DNA of 64,000 nucleotides from Chlorokybus atmophyticus (lineage: Eukaryota > Plantae > Mesostigma and Chlorokybus algae), in NCBI GenBank assembly GCA_009103225.1, contig RHPI01002411.1, positions 1-64,000 of the forward strand, read 5' to 3'. The notes under the pieces were generated by a model. That model was not told the origin of the DNA. It worked only from the letters and a program-made list of their open reading frames with translations, and ran no database searches. Shown here piece by piece: positions 47,701 to 59,184 of the stretch (positions are counted from its first letter, which is position 1; each line of letters starts with the position of its first letter). The position numbers and the translations under genes are program-made.

Positions 47701-49675
47701 TAACTGCTAGAAGAGGATGATGGGAATGGCATAGTATGCTGCTTTGCAACCAGGCATGGTTCACAAAGTGCACCTGATGCATTCTTGAGTTCTTCAGTGC
47801 TGAGATGGATGCCCTTGACCATCTTCTCAGCGACAAGGCGAGTGAGGTTGACGTAGCTGAGATGCCCGAACCTTCGATGCCACAATGTTGGCGACTCCTT
47901 GTCCTTCACCACCATGGCTTGAATGTCAATGTCCTTAGGGTGCTGCTCCATGTGGTAGAGCCCTCCCGGATCAGCGATTCGAACCATGTGCACGACCCCA
48001 TCAAGGATGACTGTGCAGCGACCCTTCCGAAATAGGATCTCCGCGCCTAAGCGCTCCGCAACCCTCACAGAGAATAGACTACCAATAGCTTTAGAAACAT
48101 GCAGGACGTTGCGTAACAACACCTCGCGTAGTGTGTTACCAACCTTGCACTGGAGTCGTACGTTGTCAACTCCCTCAGCCACCAGTACTTCGCCACCTTA
48201 ATTGTGGACGTCAGCTTGCTGTAGCCCTCCATCACCTCCTTGTTTGGTGTGAGATGACGATCGCAGCCAGAGTCCACCATCCAGAAAGCTGTGCCCGCCC
48301 TCGAACTTGATGCAGTGAAGGCGACATGTTTCTCCTTGTGTTGGTGCTCGTTGCCGCTGTTGCTGGTGCTCGCACTAGGTTGCCCCTGTTGTTTCTTCCT
48401 ACAATCCTTCACAATGTGCCCCTTCCAACCACACCAGTGGCATGTGAGGTCTTTGTGACAAGGATTGCCCGGCTTGTTGCCCTTGTTCTTCTCCTCATGG
48501 TTGCTCTTCTTCCCGTGCTTGTTGGTGTGGAAGGCCACGGCATCAGCTTGCTCGTCCTTCTTCATCACCCTCTGCTCTACGGTGAGCAGCTTCGGTAGTA
48601 CATCGTCCAGCATCAGCTCCGATGACAATGTCTCCAGCAGTGTTGCAACGACCTCGTACTCTGCTGGTAGCCCTGCAACAACAGCCAGCACAACCTCCGT
48701 CTCCCCCATGTCGTGGCCGACGTTGATAAGGTCCGCCCACAGCTCTCTCGCGCGTGCAACATACTTTGTGATGGGTTCTGCTGCCTCCTTCCTGAGTGCA
48801 CTCAGCTGCTTGCGTAGCTGCAACTTTCTGGCGTTGTTCGTGGCTCTGAAAACGGCTGATAGCTTTTCCCAAGCTTGTCTACCATCTTCACATGCAGTGA
48901 GCATGGGAAAGTGATGCCGTTTGCAGTTCAACACAAGCAAAGAGTGTGCTTCTGAATGCTCTGACCACACAGTGTTCGCTTCTGGTAGTGGTGGTGGTGC
49001 CTTCGGATCAACGTACTTCCACATCTTCTTGTGGATGAGCAAGGCCTTCATCTCCACACACCATGTGTTGTAGTTGTCAGTGTCCAGCTTTGCAATCTGC
49101 CCCTTGTCGTAGGTCGCCTCCACTTCTGTCGAGCCTGCCTTTCTTGCAGTTGACACCCAAGGCTCTGCTACCAACAAGCTACCGTAGTGTAGAACTACTA
49201 TGCACACAAGCTAGTCTCACACTCCTCAAGCGTAGTGTGGGCCCATAATATGTTGTAGAACTAGCATGCACATGTAGCTGAGGCAAGCATAGACACACAG
49301 CGACAGAGCTACCGCCACCAGAGCATACACAAGTCACATCACATTCATCTGTTACAAGTTGTCCGATGGTTCTTATACCAGCCAGTTACACACACGTTTA
49401 CGTTTGCAAGCACTGCGTAAGGTATACTCAACTTTTTGACGCGCTTTAAGCTGCGTTGTCTTTCTTACAATCAGAGCTTTCCAACAAGGTCTTACACGCC
49501 TAATATGAGTAAGTATACGCGGAGATGCAAAGCAATTAATAAGGCTCCAGTCTAGAGTCCGGAGTCTGGTCCGACGACGCCATCTTGCTAAGTCCGGACC
49601 TAGCTGCTCGTCCTTACGACCTTCTACTCCTGTGCGGAGGGTCGATGCTGATCGTATGTAAAAATACTCTCAACA
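44780..49675 (-). mobile_element. Full-length but decayed Copia family A element
   Basis: LTRs 44780-45203 and 49251-49675; TSD CAACA on both sides; mutated PBS; gag-pol broken into fragments; start ATG reads GTG. Confidence 0.95.
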
Positions 49676-50308
49676 CAACAACAGCAAACTATACCAGCGA
49701 GACCTTGCAGTGGCTATATATGCCGCCAACCTCCCGTCCAATTGATGATGTCCCATACATGACAGCCGCCAAGTTGGTGAGTCCCTAGCCCTAACCCTTG
49801 ACAGCCGCCTTGGTTTTTCAATGCATTTGTTGTTACATAATTGAATTTGTTGTACCAATGCGTTTGACTTCGATTCGCCGTCCAATAAATGACAACCACC
49901 AGTCTAGGGATGGACAGCCGCGTCGCTAGCTTTGTGACTTCTATTGATTGGCGCACTGCACAAGGCACTGCACAAGTACGGCTTGTGCGGCTCGTGCGAC
50001 TGACAATATGGAACATAGTAGCACTTGACAGTCGCAGCAGCAGCTTGGTGATTGAGTCTTGAGTTCACTTGCGACTTTGCATGCGCCATGATTCCGTGTT
50101 GCTTGAACACTTGCACTAGTCGTTTGTGGATTGCTGCTTGAGCTGTCAGCGCTTACCTGAAAGGTGTTTGTTTTGCTTTAAAGCTTGCATGCCTTGTTGC
50201 TTGCGCGCTGAGTCACTGACTGTGCACTAATTTTGGTTGCTTGTTCAGCCTCAGTCTGTGCACCGAGTTCAATTAATGGTTCATGCTGTTTAGCTAACAC
50301 TATGGCTA

Positions 50309-52920
50309 TTGGGGAGGGCAGCCAAATGCCTGCCGCAACAGATCAAACGAGGCCAAGGGCAACAATTTGCTGGGTCAGGTGACAGGTCAGCAGTTCTTGA
50401 TGAAGGAGGAGTACAAGCATATGCCACAACGCTGATTGTCAACCTGGAGAAGCTGAAGAAGAAGATGTCGAGCAAGTGGCCACTACCTCAAGGTATGAAG
50501 GGCAAGGACTTCAAGATGAATGCTGAGCACCGGCAGGAGCTCGACGAAGTATGCCAGGCGGTCTTGCAGCAGTCACTTCCATTGGTCTTTGACACAAACC
50601 ACTCGCTCATGTGGACAAAAGGTGAGCTGCTTTCTTGATGACATGTGATCCTTGAATGGAACCTGAATTCAGTTGTGTTGAAGTGAGTTGTAGCATATCG
50701 TTCAGCTTTCAGTTCACTATGTCTGCTTAGCAGTATTGCCGTTGACAGTCCTTACCCTAGTTGCTGTTGCTGTGTTCGTGTTTATTGCTGTGCAAAGTTG
50801 CTCTCAGTGCCCAGTTGCAGTATGCTGTCTTTTGTTAGCTAGCAGCTTGCAACAGCTGAAAGTGCTGTCTGGGCATTGTTTTGCTGACAGTCCTTGCCCT
50901 GGTTGTTGTTGCTGTGTTTGTGCTTGTTGCTTCAGTGACCAGTTGCGATATGCTGTTTTTAAGGATGTCTTCTGCTAGATGGTAACTTCCAACAGCTGTA
51001 AGTGTGTCCTATATGGAGTTGTCTTGCCATTGACAGTCCTTGCCTTTGGTACTTTGCTGTCTCGTATCTGCTTGTGTTGCAGCACAAATCAAGCAGTATG
51101 TGCTAGTGCTTCGGTACATCGTTGGCGCGAAGCGCGGCAGTGGTACCAGGAACTGCGTCTAACAACACAACGAGGCCAAGAAGCAAAGGCGTGCCAGCGA
51201 CATGGAAGCTGCACAAGGCAGCCGCGCTGCTCAAGCTGAAGCTGGCTGGGGCATGACATTCTGTCTTGGGAAGGACATGAGGGCCAACCAGCAAGTGGTC
51301 ATGCTGGCGCCTTTGACCGCTGAGCCTCTCATAGACGCACGGTACCTGTTGAGGGTATTCCTACATCTAGTCAGCTTGCCCTTTGCATAGGAATACACGA
51401 GAGGACCTCGATGACTCCGCACTGGGTCCGGGCAGGTTGCAAAGCAAGGGCTTACAAAAACCGTTGGATCTTGGTGGATACGGAGCCGAATGACACGTGG
51501 CGTAGCTTGTTGTGTAGATCTTGAAGTAAGCTACGTGGTGCAACGTACAGCGCAAGATTCGGTTAAGTGTATCGTACGGTGTCTCTTGTAGATCAGCAGT
51601 GTGTGTATTTGGTGCAGAATCTGGCGGGTATAAGACCCGCGGACTTGTTGCCTTAATACAAGCTGTAGTGTGATGTAGCATGTCACCCATGTGCATGTGC
51701 TTGTCAACGTGTTTATGTCAACAGTACCGGGCCACTTGGCTAAAAGAGAGGTAAGCAATCATGGTGATGCCGACTGTCGATCATGTTATACTGTTGCCTC
51801 CATACTGGCTTCACACATGGTGCCTGCTACTCTGCATGTCACGACAAGGGTGCGGACGGATATGCTGAAGATCAGGTGTTAGACATTTGCAACAACGCGG
51901 TTGTTGTTGGCGTTGCCACCATTGATTCCGCATGCGAGCCAAACCAATGCGCACGTATCTAGTCTCTGTTAACTATTGGATGGCAGTGAGAAGCGAGGAT
52001 GACAACCTTGCCGTTCAACTACATGTGAAAGAGAGGCATCTTCTCTATGGCATGCTGGCAAGCAGCCGCCATGGTGGGCGTACTTTGAAGGTACATTGCT
52101 TGCTGTGGATATGCACGTGCTCCAACTATGACTGTACGGTGGAGTCCATGAGCATATCTTATGTTAAACACAACAACATGCAGGTTAGGGAAATGGAGTG
52201 GCCCATGATGTTCTTGGCCAACGGAGGCATCTGCCCCTATGAGGTATGCTAACGATGAGCGCATTGCGTTGCCTGGTTGCATCAAGAACCTACTGCCTAC
52301 GCCCGCAGGCAGGCACAGCACGGACACGGAGGTTAATAAGGGCTGTTGTTAGGCTGCTGTCACATGATGGACAGTCGCAAATGCAGTCAATTGATCACGT
52401 CTTAGCAGTCGCAGATTGCAATGCATGTTGCCGTTCTTGACAGACATCAACGCATTGCATTGCGAACTGTTAACAAAATTGACGATCGCCAATGCATTTA
52501 ATTAATTCTGTTATGACAGTCGCCAAGGGACTGCACTGACCACTCTGGGTCCTATGCAGGTTGCTGGGGCGATCTCTGACTGTTAAAATGGAAGAGCCAC
52601 CGCCATGGACTTGCCAATTGCAGCGGGGATTGTGTGCATCATCAAGCCCAAGGCCCCCACCAGAGAGGAGGCAATCGACATGTATGAGTACTACCACCAC
52701 ATCGAGCACACGCTGTTCCACAATGGTCACTAGCTGGCACTTAAGGACCCTGACCGAATGGAGCGTGTGCCAGACGAGCTGATCTTGCGAGCCATTGTCA
52801 GCTTTGCTATCAGGAAAAAATGGTTGGTGTCTAACAAAGATGTTGAAGGAGGGTGCGAGTGGGGATCCAATTGCAAACATTCCACGTATGCATACTTCAC
52901 TGCAAAAAGCTAACGACAGT
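50309..52920 (+). pseudogene. Unidentified multi-exon gene remnant
   Basis: Protein-like exons bounded by GT/AG (e.g. ...HSLMWTK|GTGAGC, CAG|VREMEWPMMFLANGGICPYE|GTATGC) with stops and an LTR insertion; no family recognised. Confidence 0.4.
51347..51723 (+). mobile_element. Solo LTR (Copia family B-like)
   Basis: TGTTG...TCAACA with 5-bp TSD GTACC on both sides. Confidence 0.92.
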
Positions 52921-53126
52921 CCTTTGCTACTTTTCAAGAGTGATGACTTGATACAATGCAGGCCTTTTGAGCAAAGCAAAGAAGAGAAAGCCATTCCGAC
53001 CCACGAGGCAGTGGATGCAACAACCCTTGTCATCCTCCTAGGTGGGTGGTTTCCTATGCTATGGTCAAGTTACTGTTTGTGTAAGCACGTAACAGTACAG
53101 TTGTTATGCAGAGTTCAACAAGCATG

Positions 53127-53620
53127 TGTTAGCATGAGCATGTCCTGCACACTGCTCAGTCCAGTCCGTTTGTGAATCGGCTAAGGCATGAGCCTTAGAG
53201 ATACTGCTACTAGTATGAGCTGATATCGATCAGTCATGAGTCTGTAGCATATATCGAGTCCACTACGCGGAGTATGACCAAGCAGGAGACTCCGGACTTG
53301 CTCATGAGGCTGGCGCAGCCTGACGCAGCCAACGCCTCGGGAGAACGGCGAGAACTCCGCGCATACTTAGCCTTAAGAGACGTGGCTTAGCTTGTTGGAA
53401 AGCTTTAGTTGTAAGCTAAACAACTAAGCTTACAGATTGGCAATCCGCTGAGTATATCTCACGCATTGCTTGGCAAAGTAGACATGTGTCGTATGGCTGG
53501 CATAAAGGCTTACAGAATTAACAAGTTGTTGGTTCGGGTGAAACCCCTTTGCAAGCCTTGTGTGTATGTTTTGGTGCATGTGTATGCTGTAGTTGGCCAG
53601 CGCTAGCTCAGTGTTCAACA
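53127..53620 (+). mobile_element. Solo LTR (third Copia-like family)
   Basis: TGTTAG...TTCAACA with TSD GCATG; shares GCTTGTTGGAAAGCT with family A LTRs. Confidence 0.88.
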
Positions 53621-53946
53621 GCATGCGCTGAGTGTTTGCAAGAGATGCTCTCGAGCAAGGCGGTCGCGGGTGTCTTCACATTGGGGCTGAATTAACCCAG
53701 GAGAGCACAAGTCTGGCTTTCAGGCGAAGGTGCTGGCAACACAACAGACTGATGTTGTTAGCTGCTCATGTTTCCTCCTGTAACCGCAGCGTGAAGTGCA
53801 TGCAGGAGAACTGTAGCTACAGTCTCACTGGCTTGACACTGATAATGGACTGTAATGGACTGTCAAACGACAGCCCATTACGGCATTTTGTGAATTGCAT
53901 GCGTGTCGGATTGTATGCACCAGGCGCGGTGCAGGCACCAGTGCAG

Positions 53947-54400
53947 ACCATGCATGGATTCAATGGCTATGACATCATGACAGACCATGCATGGTGCGAC
54001 TGTCAATCAGTCCATGTATGGTGCGTTGTCTGTTAGGATCAGACATGTTGCTGCTTGTGGACCATGCATGGCTTCAATGGCTGTGACATCATGATAGACC
54101 ATGTATGGTGCGACTATCAATCATACCATGTATGGTGCGTTGTCTGTTATGGCCATACATGGTGCCGCTTGTGGACCATGTATGCACAACAATGCCCGTA
54201 TCTATAGACCGTGCATGGTGCGACTGTCATTCAAACCATGTATAGTGCATTGTATGTTACGACCATACATGGTGCCGCTTGTGGACCATATATGCACAAC
54301 AACGTCCGTATCCACAGCCCGTGCATGGTGCCACTTTTTATTAAACTGGCACCATAAATGGTCCACTGAGCCAGGAGGCAACGCACCATGCATGGTCGAT
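53947..54400. repeat. Tandem array, ~110-114-bp unit x4, built from ACCATGCATGGT-like palindromes
   Basis: Unit starts at 53947, 54061, 54175 and 54285. Confidence 0.85.
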
Positions 54401-54566
54401 ACAATGTTAGTTTAAACAAAGACTTCCGGTCCGTACCCATGGACAGTGCATGGTGCGACTGTCAATCACTAAACATGTGAAAGTAATAAACCATGCCTGG
54501 TCTTCTGCGCCAGGGGGCATTGCACCATACATGATCCTTGCAACCTCAAACAAACAGGTCACCATA

Positions 54567-54737
54567 CATGGTGCGACCCCCAAAAAACATGGGACCGTTC
54601 ACGTGAGGTTTGGACCATGCATGGTATGACTGTTAATGACAGTCCGACTATATATGGTCCACCCATTTTCACTTGGCAGGGGAAAATCCCGGTACAGAGG
54701 TACGGACCATTCATGGTTTCTAACGTCAGTCAATGTG
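54567..54737. mobile_element. Right terminus of a second element of the 34515-43981 family
   Basis: Closely parallels 43811-43981 (CATGGTGCGACCCC..AAAAAACATGGGACCGTTCACGTGAG..GCAGGGGAAAATCCCGG..TACGGACCAT) and ends ...CAATGTG. Confidence 0.8.
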
Positions 54738-56299
54738 CACAACACTGCGTGCGCGCACACACATGTGCCGCGCGCAACAACTAGCGATAGCAACAACAAG
54801 CAAGGAACTCAACTCACCTGTTGCGTGCCGCCGTCTCCCGCCCTGTACGGGATCTGCTGGTACAGCTCCTGCAGCTGAACAAGCAAAGCAAACTCGTCCT
54901 CTATGGGTGTGACGGTACCTTGGCCCAACAGACCAGTAGCCTGCACCTGAAAGTGCTCAGCCCACTTGGGGCCATAGTCGTGATAGATGGCGATCTCGTA
55001 CTATATTTGAGTTACGACAGACATCATAGGAGCCTCAAAAACAACCCCAAAGCGATGATCTCATCAGCACGCGAGCAGCTTGTGCTCGCGTGCTGGGAGC
55101 CTGAAGTCGCGATCGAGCTTGTTCCATAATGCCCATTGCACCGTGGCTGTGGTGAGCTTGCGCAAGGTGCCATCGGCTGCACGAAGCTCACAGTTAGTAC
55201 ACTGACAGCAACGCATTTAAAGGATGCCAACACGTGCAAGATGTGCACATAACTTGAACAACAGATGACATGGTCAACCTGAATGACGCTTACAAGAGCG
55301 CATTCAGGTTTTCAAATAGATCAGCTGATAATCAATTTTATTCTAGCCTTATCCGTCCAGCTGCGCACCTGCTGCAGGCAGCTTGCAGTGCAGTAAAGTG
55401 GAGTGGGGTAGAATCGGGTCCGGCTTTTGTAACCTAATGCGATGGTTACAATAGCAGCACCCGACTGCATAGCGGCCGCTCGAGTATCTGACAGGTTCAG
55501 GGCTGGTCGCGCCCCCTGTGGCCTGCGAATCACACCTGCACTAATACAGCAAGGTCCAGGTGCTGTGCTACAAACCTGGTCCGTATGCAGCCGTGTCATG
55601 GGACCAGGTACATTGCACCACATCGCCTGTCTTTGGTACAATTGTAGCAATGACCGAACCTGTCTGGCATGATTGGGGCGCGGCCTTGCACACGTCAGCA
55701 CAGCGTTAAGTACGCACAGGGCTTTTTACGCGCGGACCAGTCGTACGCGGCCCGTAGACCACGTCTGGTACGTTGTAGCGTACCAGTGCCGCGACTGGTC
55801 CGGCATGATCGGACCACTGGTGGTCCGGCCCCGGAGCCCGCCGATATGGTCCGAATGACCGGACCAGGGCTGGTGGCGTGTCCCGCGGCTTGTAGACCGG
55901 TACAGCACTGGTCAGCACGCGGCCTGAGCAGTAGGACCAAGGCTGGTCGCATGCCCTGCGGCCTATGAGCCAGGGCAGCACTGGTACAGAATGCATGTAC
56001 TGTACGGACCAATTATGTCCTCACAAGCGGGACCAAGCTGCACTGGTACGGTTGCAAGCGGCCCTCATAGACCATGCATGGTTCCGAAACCGAAACAGCA
56101 CTCAACAACTCAACAGCTCTTTTGAATCATTGATATATTATGATAACCAACGGTGAAGAATGACGTCGGAAGCATACGACACATCTCACCAAGGCCGTTG
56201 CTCCCAAGGTCACGTGCGCCAATGCTAAACGAGTAGCAGGCACTGGGCATGCATGGTCCCCTGTCCATTTGCTAGGGTTTTGGGCTTGCGCTGCAGTCT

Positions 56300-56337
<38 letters not shown>

Positions 56338-56389
56338 GCGAAAACCTTTGGAACAGCTGGTTTCGTGGGTACTACGCATGCACCCAGCA

Positions 56390-58930
56390 TGGCGGACCGA
56401 AAAGCAGCTGATATTGCTGAAAGACTCCACCAGTCTATCGAACTCAAGCTACCTGCAGTCAACCTTGCAGCTTTGCGCAAGCGGAAGCAGCGTTCCAAGT
56501 TGGTTGTTAACGCAACGCAAGGTCTCCTACGTCAGAAGGACTTGGAGTTGAGTCAAAGAGAGCAAGCTCTTGCCCGCAGAGAAGCTGAGGTGTCCCAACT
56601 TTTGGCTGATAGCGGCCTCGCTGGTGACAACGCGTCCCCCATGGAGGTGGATGGGCAGGCAGACCCCTCACTCAGGTAACATCCTTGCCCCCACTAGCTA
56701 GCTTTCAAGCCTCATTGCGACACAGCCAGCACAGATTTCTTGACAGCAGTTGTTAAGCGCCTAATATGACTCCCTGCAGGCCAGCTTCAGCAACTCAGCC
56801 TGCTGCTCACCCCCCTGCAACCGCTGGCCAGCCATCCACTTCGCATTCCCCTCTGTCACCGGCTGCTGAAGCTGGAGGTGGCTCATTCGCCGACGAGTCA
56901 TCTGATCATGTGGAGAGCCAGCAGCAGCAGCAGCAGCAGCAGCAGAATCGTCAAGTTATCTGCAACTGCAGTTCCAGTGGATGCCGCGGCATGGTAAGCA
57001 GTGCGGTCTATGAGTTATGCAATCTATTGCTCTGACCGAAAGTCTCATAGGCACTGTCCAGTGTCTACGAGTCATGCACTCCATTGCTCTGACCTAAAGT
57101 CTCATAGGCACTGTCCAGTGTCTACGACTTATGCATTCCTTTGCTGAGACCTAAGGACTCATAGGCACTGGACAGTGCCAGTCTGGTCTATGACACAGCC
57201 ATGCACGCGTGTGTCTTGCTTGTGATTCTTGATAGCGTGGTGATGTGGATTGGTGTTGATCGCTGGCGTGCTAACCAAGATCTGTCATCATAGATGGTAG
57301 ACGAAGCAGTTGCAAGGGCGCACCGTGCACTTGACCTGGCAGTTGCCGCAAGCAAGTGGGCACCACCTATTCCCCATAGTCAACCTCTCGAGCCCAGCCA
57401 ACCACCATTGGAGTCTGCTACGAAGAAGTGGCTGGATATCTACCTAAAGATTGTGACAGCCCTGGAAGATTCTGGTGTCCAGGTTGCTCTCGTCAACGAG
57501 ATTATGAAGCTCATCTTTGGCCAGATAAATTCTGTGGTCAAGCTGGCCTTGGAGGTTCCTTTTGAACAGGAGCAGTGGCGGGATGACATCGCCAGCCTTA
57601 TAGGCGACACAATATCGCACAGCCCTGTCGCGGATGAGCCGCCGACAGACATTGCCGCCGTGGATAAACTGTTGGCCGCGCTCGGCATGCCTGTTCCTCA
57701 GCGCCTGACCGTCGATCCCACATGCAAGTACTTGTTTGATGCACCTTATCCCACACTCAATGAAGATGACGAAGACTCGGACACGAGCGAGACCAAAAAA
57801 TGATTGATCGCCTTCGCAACACACCGTGCGGAGGGGGATGCGGCAGGGTTCGCAAAGAATGATGCGACTTCTTGTACAATCGTATAGGTGCCTGGCTCAG
57901 CGCCAAGTTGGCTGTCCCTTCAATCGCTCACGACTATCTGGAGGAATGGCGCCACAAAGATGAGTGGTTGCACGTCCCTGTGGAACAAGTACCTGCTGCA
58001 AACACTGAGTACTGGCATGGTGCGAAGAAGCAGCATCACTGCAGCTTCTGGGACCCTCGCCACAAAATCAAGCTGCCTGTGTCCTGCGCATTCTGCCACC
58101 ACATCCCGGATGTCGATTTGGAGCATCACAACGCAGGCGATCACGTGACATTTGAATGCTCAGGGTGCCACAAAACCAACCATCAGATGGTACAGCAAGC
58201 TCTTGGCGACCCTCGCAACATAGCCCTGCTAATCCACGCCGACGGCTTCAGCTCAACAACCACTGTGAAGCACAGCTGCACCGTTGTCAGTGCCTCTGTG
58301 CTCAATGGTGGGAAGCGCATTTCCTCACAAGAGTCTTCCGTCATGCCTTTGCTCTTTGTTCCCACTGATCAGATCCCAAACGGTGTGGACAGTCTGGAGC
58401 CCTTTCTGGAACCACTGGTGCGTGACCTGGAGAACCTCTACTTGAACGGCTTCACTGTTCGTTATGGCCTCGATTCCAATCATGTCGACTGTTGTGTGCT
58501 TGATCGACGACCAGGTAATGACTGGGTTATAACATGTTTTGTCACCTATATCACCCAAAGTCTCATAGGCACTGTCCAGAGTCTACAACTTATGCAGTCC
58601 ATTTTTGTGTATGCTAAAGTCTCATAGGCACTGTTCAGTGGCTGCGACTTGGTTATAGCATATCTGCCTTCTTGCGGTCTATGAGACTGTCATAGGCTGC
58701 ACTGCCCAGTGCGGCCTATTACAGTCTCTATCAGACTGGTTGTGAGATACTGATGTTGACTTCATTGCAGGTCAAGAGATAACGCTGCGGGTAGTGCTGT
58801 GGGCATGGACGGGTGACCAGCCAGCGCAATGTGAGATAGGCCAGTTTAAGAGTGGAGGCCTCGTCCCCTGCCGGCGTTGTCTCCTCAAAGCCACTCAGCA
58901 CCAAGTGCCCCGGCGTGTGTCTGCATCATA
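56390..58930 (+). pseudogene. EnSpm/CACTA (Transposase_21/Plavaka-like) transposase, multi-exon, frameshifted and C-terminally truncated
   Basis: NIALLIHADGF, LEPFLEPLVRDLENLYLNGF, intron, RVVLWAWTGDQPAQCEIGQFKSGGLVPCRRC; frameshift near 57800 and a stop near 57860. Confidence 0.75.
57005..57190. repeat. Intronic 57-bp tandem repeat x3
   Basis: AGTCTCATAGGCACTGTCCAGTGTCTACGA units at 57041, 57098 and ~57155; two more copies at ~58560 and ~58618. Confidence 0.88.
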
Positions 58931-59184
58931 GACCAGTTCGGATAACTGCGCCTTGCAGACAACTATGTGCACTGTGCGCGTGTGCATGCGACTGCATGTG
59001 TGATGGCCGAGCAAGCAGGGCAAGCAATGAACATGTAATGGCAATATATTACAATATACACTTATGCACATCTGTTCTGCAGGCTATGTACACTGAATGG
59101 ATGCCTATAAACCCAGCCTGCAGCTGGACTATAAGCAACCTGAAGTAGGTACCTGGGTGCTACTGACTCAGTCTATAGGCCATA

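Noticed and set aside
53947-54400. CRISPR-like repeat array
   Set aside because: Units are whole degenerate tandem repeats without unique spacers, in eukaryotic TE context with no cas genes.
54821-55129. ORF with LYGCDGTL / LYLSYD, reminiscent of WD40 or HAD motifs
   Set aside because: Too short and degenerate to assign.
56302-56340. (GCG)n tract and poly-Ala ORFs
   Set aside because: Simple repeat upstream of the transposase; no independent evidence of function.
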